A DNA stretch of 64,000 bases from Cyanophora paradoxa CCMP329. Lineage: Eukaryota > Plantae > Glaucophyta. Positions 59,001 through 64,000 of this stretch are shown here, one piece after another. Under the pieces are notes generated by a model. It did no database searches, was not told where the DNA came from, and was given only the letters and a program-made list of their open reading frames with translations. The stretch covers positions 1 through 64,000 of the forward strand of contig QPMI01000474.1 of the NCBI GenBank assembly GCA_004431415.1, given 5' to 3'. Position 1 is the stretch's first letter. Each line of letters begins with the position of its first letter. The position numbers and the translations under genes were made by a program.

Positions 59001-62000
59001 TTTCAGTTTTGAAAAGTCGCGAGACTGAGTTATGTTGGTGTCCACCACCTACACACCGACCGGCGAGGAGCCGAATCGCGGGGCAACTGCAACTTTGCAA
59101 GCTAGCTCCGGAGCTTCGAATTCCGAAAAGTTCTAGCCATAGCGCTCTAGATCTAGATCTAGATCTAGATCCGCTGCCGGCCGGGGCGGGCGTACCTCGA
59201 GGTTGGCGCAGGCGGCCATGGCGGCCTCCGCGCAGCGCTCCAGGTACCGGCACGCCCGTGTCGGCTCCTGCCCGCCCCGCCGGCGCCGTCAGCGCGCCGC
59301 TCGCACGGATTGGGACGAGTGCGCGGGAGGCTAGGAGTGGCGCTGCCAGCGCGCCGCTTGGATGGAGGCGGCCGCGGGGGGAACGAGTGCGAGGGAGGCT
59401 AGAAGGCCCGGTCCTAGGCCGAACGCCGTTTTTCGCGGCTGGGGCGGGCGGGCCTGGGCGAGGACGAAGTGGTGGGCGAGGACGAAGGCCGTGTCCACCG
59501 GCACCGCCTCGGGGTCCGGCTCCCCGGCCGCCGCCCCCGCCCCCGTCCTGCAGGGGCGGGTGCAGAGGCGTCGGCGGAGGCGGCGGGACGGAGCGGGCGG
59601 AGGTGGCGAGTTTTGAAGGCGCGCACTTGTCCGGCGGGGCGCCGTAGGCGTCAGGGTCCTCGTCGGGGGGCCGGGAGCGGGAGGCGGCGCGGTGCTCGTG
59701 GAAGAGGGCGAGCCGCAGGTGCAGCACCTTCCGCTCCGTCACCTGCCATCCCCCGCGAAAATCAAAGCCGCGAAAATTGAAGCCGCGAAAAGCCGCGAAA
59801 ATTGAAGCCGCGAAAAGCCGCGAAAAACGTCAAACTGAGAGCTGCGAGCCCCGAGCGCGGAGCGGGGCGGGCGGGGCGCACGGGGAGGAGCGTGTAGACG
59901 ACCTCCTGGAGGAGCGGCTGCTGGAACTCGAACTCGCGCGCCGCCGCCTCCGCCCCGCCCTCCTCCCCCGCCACCTCCAGCAGCGCCCCGCCCCCGCCGG
60001 CCCCCTGCACCTCCCGCTGCCCTAAAGTCAGATTCGACGAGGGCGGGGCGGGGCGGGGCGGGGCGGGGGCGGGCCAGGAGGCCGAGGGCGGCGAGGGCGG
60101 AGAGCTCGCGGTCGACGATGGCCGCGATCGTCGCGTCCCGCGAGGCCGCCCGCACCGCCGCCCGCAGCTCCTCCACGCTCGGCGCCGCCGGCCGCCCCGC
60201 CCCCGCCCGCGCCTGCGCCTCCGCCTCCGGGGCGGCGAAGAAGCTGCCCGTGCCTGCGCCCGCAATCGACTCGGGCGGGTCGCGATAGGCCCGGGCCGGG
60301 GCGGCGGGCGCGGACTGCCGGGGTGGATGGAGAGGATTTCAGCCTCGCCAAAGCGCACGCCGATCACCGCCGCCAGCTTCAGCGTCGTCGCCTGCCGCCG
60401 CCCGTGGCGCTTAGCTTCAGCGGCCGACGGGGGCGGCTCAGCTTCGAATTCGGCGGGGGGCGCGGCGCGCCTGGGCGGCCGTGAGGCGGTCGAGCTTCCC
60501 GATCAGCGCCGCCCGCGCCCCGTCCTGGACGGCTAGCTATCAGCCTCGGGACGGCGACGCGGGCCGAGGGCGCTGCGGGCAAGTGTGCAGGCGGGCGGCG
60601 GGCGCACGGAGGGCTTGAGCCGTCGGAGGGCGCGCTTGACGACCGCCTCGCCCGCCGCGTCCACCTGCCCGCCCCGCCCCGCCCCCGCCGCCCCGTCAGC
60701 ACCAAGAAGAAGAAGAAGACGTTTATTTGATCGCAGACGATTATATATACAAGAAGCTAAGGATCTGCTAGGACTTCGAAGCGGCCCTCGCACCTCGATG
60801 GAGCCGTCCTCGAGGAGGGTCCTCGCGAGGTCCACGATGAGGAAGGGCGAGTTGTCTGCGGCCCCGCGCCGGGCCCGCCCCGCCCCGCCGGCGCCGGCCG
60901 AGCGTCAGCGACGGCGACGGCGCGCGCCACGATTGCTCCGCGATCGCCGCCCCCGGCGGCGGGCGGGGCGGGGCGCGGGCGCACCGGTCTGGGCCCGGAA
61001 AAAGTCGCGGACGGCGCGGGGCACGCGGGCGGCGCGCATGGCGGCGCAGATGAGCGCCTCGGCGTCGGCGTCGGCGAGGGGCCCCAGCGCCACCCGCTCG
61101 GCCGCCCCGCGGCCCTCCAGCAGCCGCCGCAGCCCCCGCGCCGCCGGCGAGGCCGCCGCCGGGGGCGGAGGGCGCCCACCACGGCGACGGCGGCCGGCGC
61201 CGACTCGTCGGCCGCCGCGTCGTGCAGCACTGCCGCGAGCTCCTGCCGGCGCCGCGGTCACGCGCGTCGCGGGCCGCGGCAGCGCAGCCCGGCTCGAGCG
61301 GGGCGCGGGGCGCACCTGGAGGGCGGCCCAGGAGTGGGAGTCGGCGTGGTGGAGGTCGTCGAGGACGAGGAGGAGCGGGCGGCCCGTCGCCGCCCGCCGC
61401 GCCACGAGCCGCGCCAGCAGCTCCCGTGCCCCCTGCGCCACGTAGTCCGACGCCTGCTCCCCCAGCGCCGGGCCCGGGCCCCCTGCAAGGCCGAGTCGGC
61501 ATCGCAGCGCCGCGGCGCCGGCGGGGCGCGGGCACGGGGCACCGAAGGGGGCGTCGTCGGCCTCCTCAGGCGGCGCGGGCGGCTCGTCGCCGGCGACGCG
61601 CAGGTCGAAGAGGCCGACGCTGCTCCGCCTGTGCCGCCGCTCCTCGCGCTGCTCAGGCCTCCACTTGACGCTCGCGTCGTCCCGCGCCGCCGCCTGCGCC
61701 TGCGACTGCGACTGCGCCTGCGACCGCGAGGCGCTGCCCTGCCCCTCCTCCAGCCGGTACCGGTACCGAGCGGACGCCGGTGGCTCCGCCGCCGCCTCTG
61801 GCTGGCGCTGCTGGACTTGGCCAGATGTCTCGCGATCGGGGAAATCGACGAAGGGAAGGGCGAGCATGAGGCTGACGCGCCGAGGACGCTCCAGGTACGT
61901 AGAGCGGCGGTGCGTTCCCGGCTCGGACGGCGCTGAATTCGACGCCGCCGTCCGAGCGGAGACCTGGTTTGGAGGGGGCGCCGGCGAGGCGGAGCGGACG

Positions 62001-64000
62001 GAGGGGCGGGCCACAACGCCTGGGAGTTCGGGGGAGGGGGCGCGGCGGTGGGCAGGCGAGGCGGATCGGCCGGCGCCGGAGGGGCCGACCGGGGGCAGAT
62101 CGGAGGCGAGAGAGGGGACGCCGGAGCCGCGGCGCTCCATGCGGGCTCCGAAGGGCATAACAAGCGACTTGCGGTGGCCGGACGCCTCCCCGATGGAGCC
62201 ACGCGGCGCCGCCGCCGGCAGAGCGCCTGCCTCGCGATCGGGCCCCGAGGCGCGCCGGGCGTACGCGTGCACGGTCGGAGGCACGGCGGGGAGGGGCCTG
62301 CGGGCCCGCCGGCCTCGCATCAGAGGGGCCTCGGGGGATGGGGAGGGGGTCGCGCAGGGGAGATCTCACTGCGGCTGCATGTGCCGGCCGAACATGCCGC
62401 CCAGCCCGGCGCCCGCCTGGCCCTGCTCCTGCAGCTGATGGAGAGGTGGCAGCAGCTGCTCCAGCTGGACCCAGCTGCGCCATGCATGGGCGAAGTCAGA
62501 TGGTACGTCCAGTTCGGCGGCCATCGTCCCCGCCGGCGCCACGCCCGGCGCGCGCACGTGACTGTGGCGCGGCGACCGCGGCCGCCGCGGACGCTCTGCG
62601 CCTCCCTCTCCTGCGTGATGGAGCCGCGGACCGACCGACGGCCGTGCAGCGAGCCGCCGGGCACCGCCGGCCACGCCCCCGCCTTGTCCTGCGCCAAGAC
62701 GGATGAGGGGCGGGCTCGCGATCGCGGGCGGCCGGGCGGGGCCGGGGCGGACCTCGCGGTCGCGGTCGGGGGCGTCGAGGTGGAGGGCGCGGACGAGGTG
62801 CCAGAGCAGCGCGAACTCCGCCTCCCCCTCCACCAGCGGGCCCATCTGCGCCCCCGCCCCCGAGCGGCGTCGGCGGCAGAGCCGTCGCGCGGGCGGGCGG
62901 GCGCGGGGCGCTGCGGACGTCGATGGCGCCGTTGGGGAAGAGGGCGCGGACGACGGCGCGCCAGAGGAACAGCGGGCTCGCCCCGCGGCTCGCCTGCGCC
63001 GCCGACACCACGACCATCATCCGCGCCCCCGCCGCCACCTGCCGGGGCGGTCGCGCCACGCGATGCCGACGGCCGCGCAGAGATCGCGATCAGCGGAGCG
63101 CACATGGCGGGCGTGCGCGAGCAGCGCCGATTTCCCTGCGCGCGCCGATCGCGAGTGAGCGATGCGGCCCGCGATCGCGAGTGTCCCGTGCCCGGCAATA
63201 TTACTCAATTGCAAAGCGCACCGGATCCGCCGCCCCCTTCAAAGAGAAGGACGCGGGGGGGCGGGCTCTCTGCGACGCCCACGACGGCGGCGGGGGGCGC
63301 CGGCCGTGGCCCGCCTGCCGCGGCCGCGGCGGCGGCGGCGCGCACGACGGCATCGATCCGCAGAGCCTCCGCCGAGCGCGCCGTGAAAGTGATCGGGTCG
63401 CCCTGCGATGTCGGCGCGTCCGGATCCGGCATCGACGTCTCGCGCGCGCAAGCGCCGCGCATGGCGGGGTCGCCAGGGGCGGGGCGCGGGACCTCTGGAT
63501 TGGCCCCCGACTTGTTGGAGCCGTTGAAGGTGATGGGCGCCCCGCCCCGCCGCTCCGGCCGGTAGAGGGGGACCTGGCATGGAGGCCGGGGCTCGGCCGG
63601 ACAGGCGATCCAAGGGGGCCGGGCCGGGCGGACCTGTCCCTCGATGCCCTTGAGCGTGAAGTGCCCCACGAAGGACATCTTGAGTTTCGAGCGGCACGCG
63701 TCGTGCGTCTGCGGAAATTTAAATTTGGGAATTCGCACATGGGGCGGACCGAGCACAAACAAAGGCCTAGGACGCGTGCCAAAGCGATTAAGTTTGAAAT
63801 GCGCCAAGCGAAACGCGCCTTTGAATCAGTGTAAATATCGCCTGGACTCTTCGCCATCAGCCGCGCTGCATGATGGAGCGGGGGAAATAAACGCCAGGAA
63901 CAGGACAGAGCGCTCTAGATCTACGCACACGTACCCGCTCGACTGCACATTACCGAATGTCGAACAAGGGTGGTGTGCGCGTGTTGTTAGCGTTGAGCAC
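56015..64000 (-). CDS. Soluble adenylyl cyclase-like STAND protein (cyclase + P-loop NTPase + TPR), 5' end outside window
   Basis: End of cyclase (N)RA|ARLMAKSPGDIYTD...FTLKGIEG; Walker A LLFEGGGGS|GKSALL; Walker B LLLVLDDLHHADSHSW; NSPFLIVDLARTL; LKLAAVIGVRF; FEFQQPLLQEVVY; TPR-like tail ending ATAMAEA* at 56015. ADCY10/sAC-like architecture. Confidence 0.82.

Noticed and set aside
187-63857. The many long Arg/Gly/Pro/Ala-rich ORFs in the six-frame track
   Set aside because: Artefacts of very high GC (few stops), overlapping real intron-containing genes in other frames or strands.
1-64000. Cloning-vector/polylinker contamination or restriction-site engineering as the source of the hexamer palindromes
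   Set aside because: The palindromes are dispersed through introns and intergenic DNA, involve arbitrary words, and appear as copy-specific insertions within native repeats.

Overview
Eukaryotic nuclear DNA, very GC-rich, with dense short (~50-110 nt) spliceosomal introns, so most of the supplied ORF track is spurious. Gene content and style are compatible with a glaucophyte such as Cyanophora, but this is an unverified guess. Eight host genes can be threaded by hand: a 12-TM-type class III adenylyl cyclase, two F-box/LRR-like proteins, a WRN-like 3'-5' exonuclease, an RLK/Pelle-like kinase with a C-terminal tandem PGDYG-like domain, a 33-exon long-chain acyl-CoA synthetase, a TSET/TPLATE TWD40-2-like subunit, and a 5'-truncated soluble cyclase-STAND-TPR protein. 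There is also an inverted pair of paralogous orphan genes and a lower-GC multi-exon orphan. The repeat-rich block at 19.3-36.7 kb holds a 5.6-kb gag-only LTR-like element (identical 108-bp direct repeats, 4-bp TSD, internal 45-bp array), a MITE, and a five-unit head-to-tail Helitron-like array built from ~149-bp monomers; two more MITE-like elements lie at 48.6 and 54.8 kb. The strongest unexpected signal is a pervasive mutational signature: a 2-3 nt word X becomes X-revcomp(X)-X (e.g. TGA>TGATCATGA). It is seen by copy-to-copy comparison in at least 13 places across four independent repeat families, it is very dense in non-coding DNA, and it inserts in-frame dipeptides into a protein. The splice-donor consensus is also atypical (GYNC(G/C)), with about 25% GC-AG introns and micro-exons down to 5 nt.
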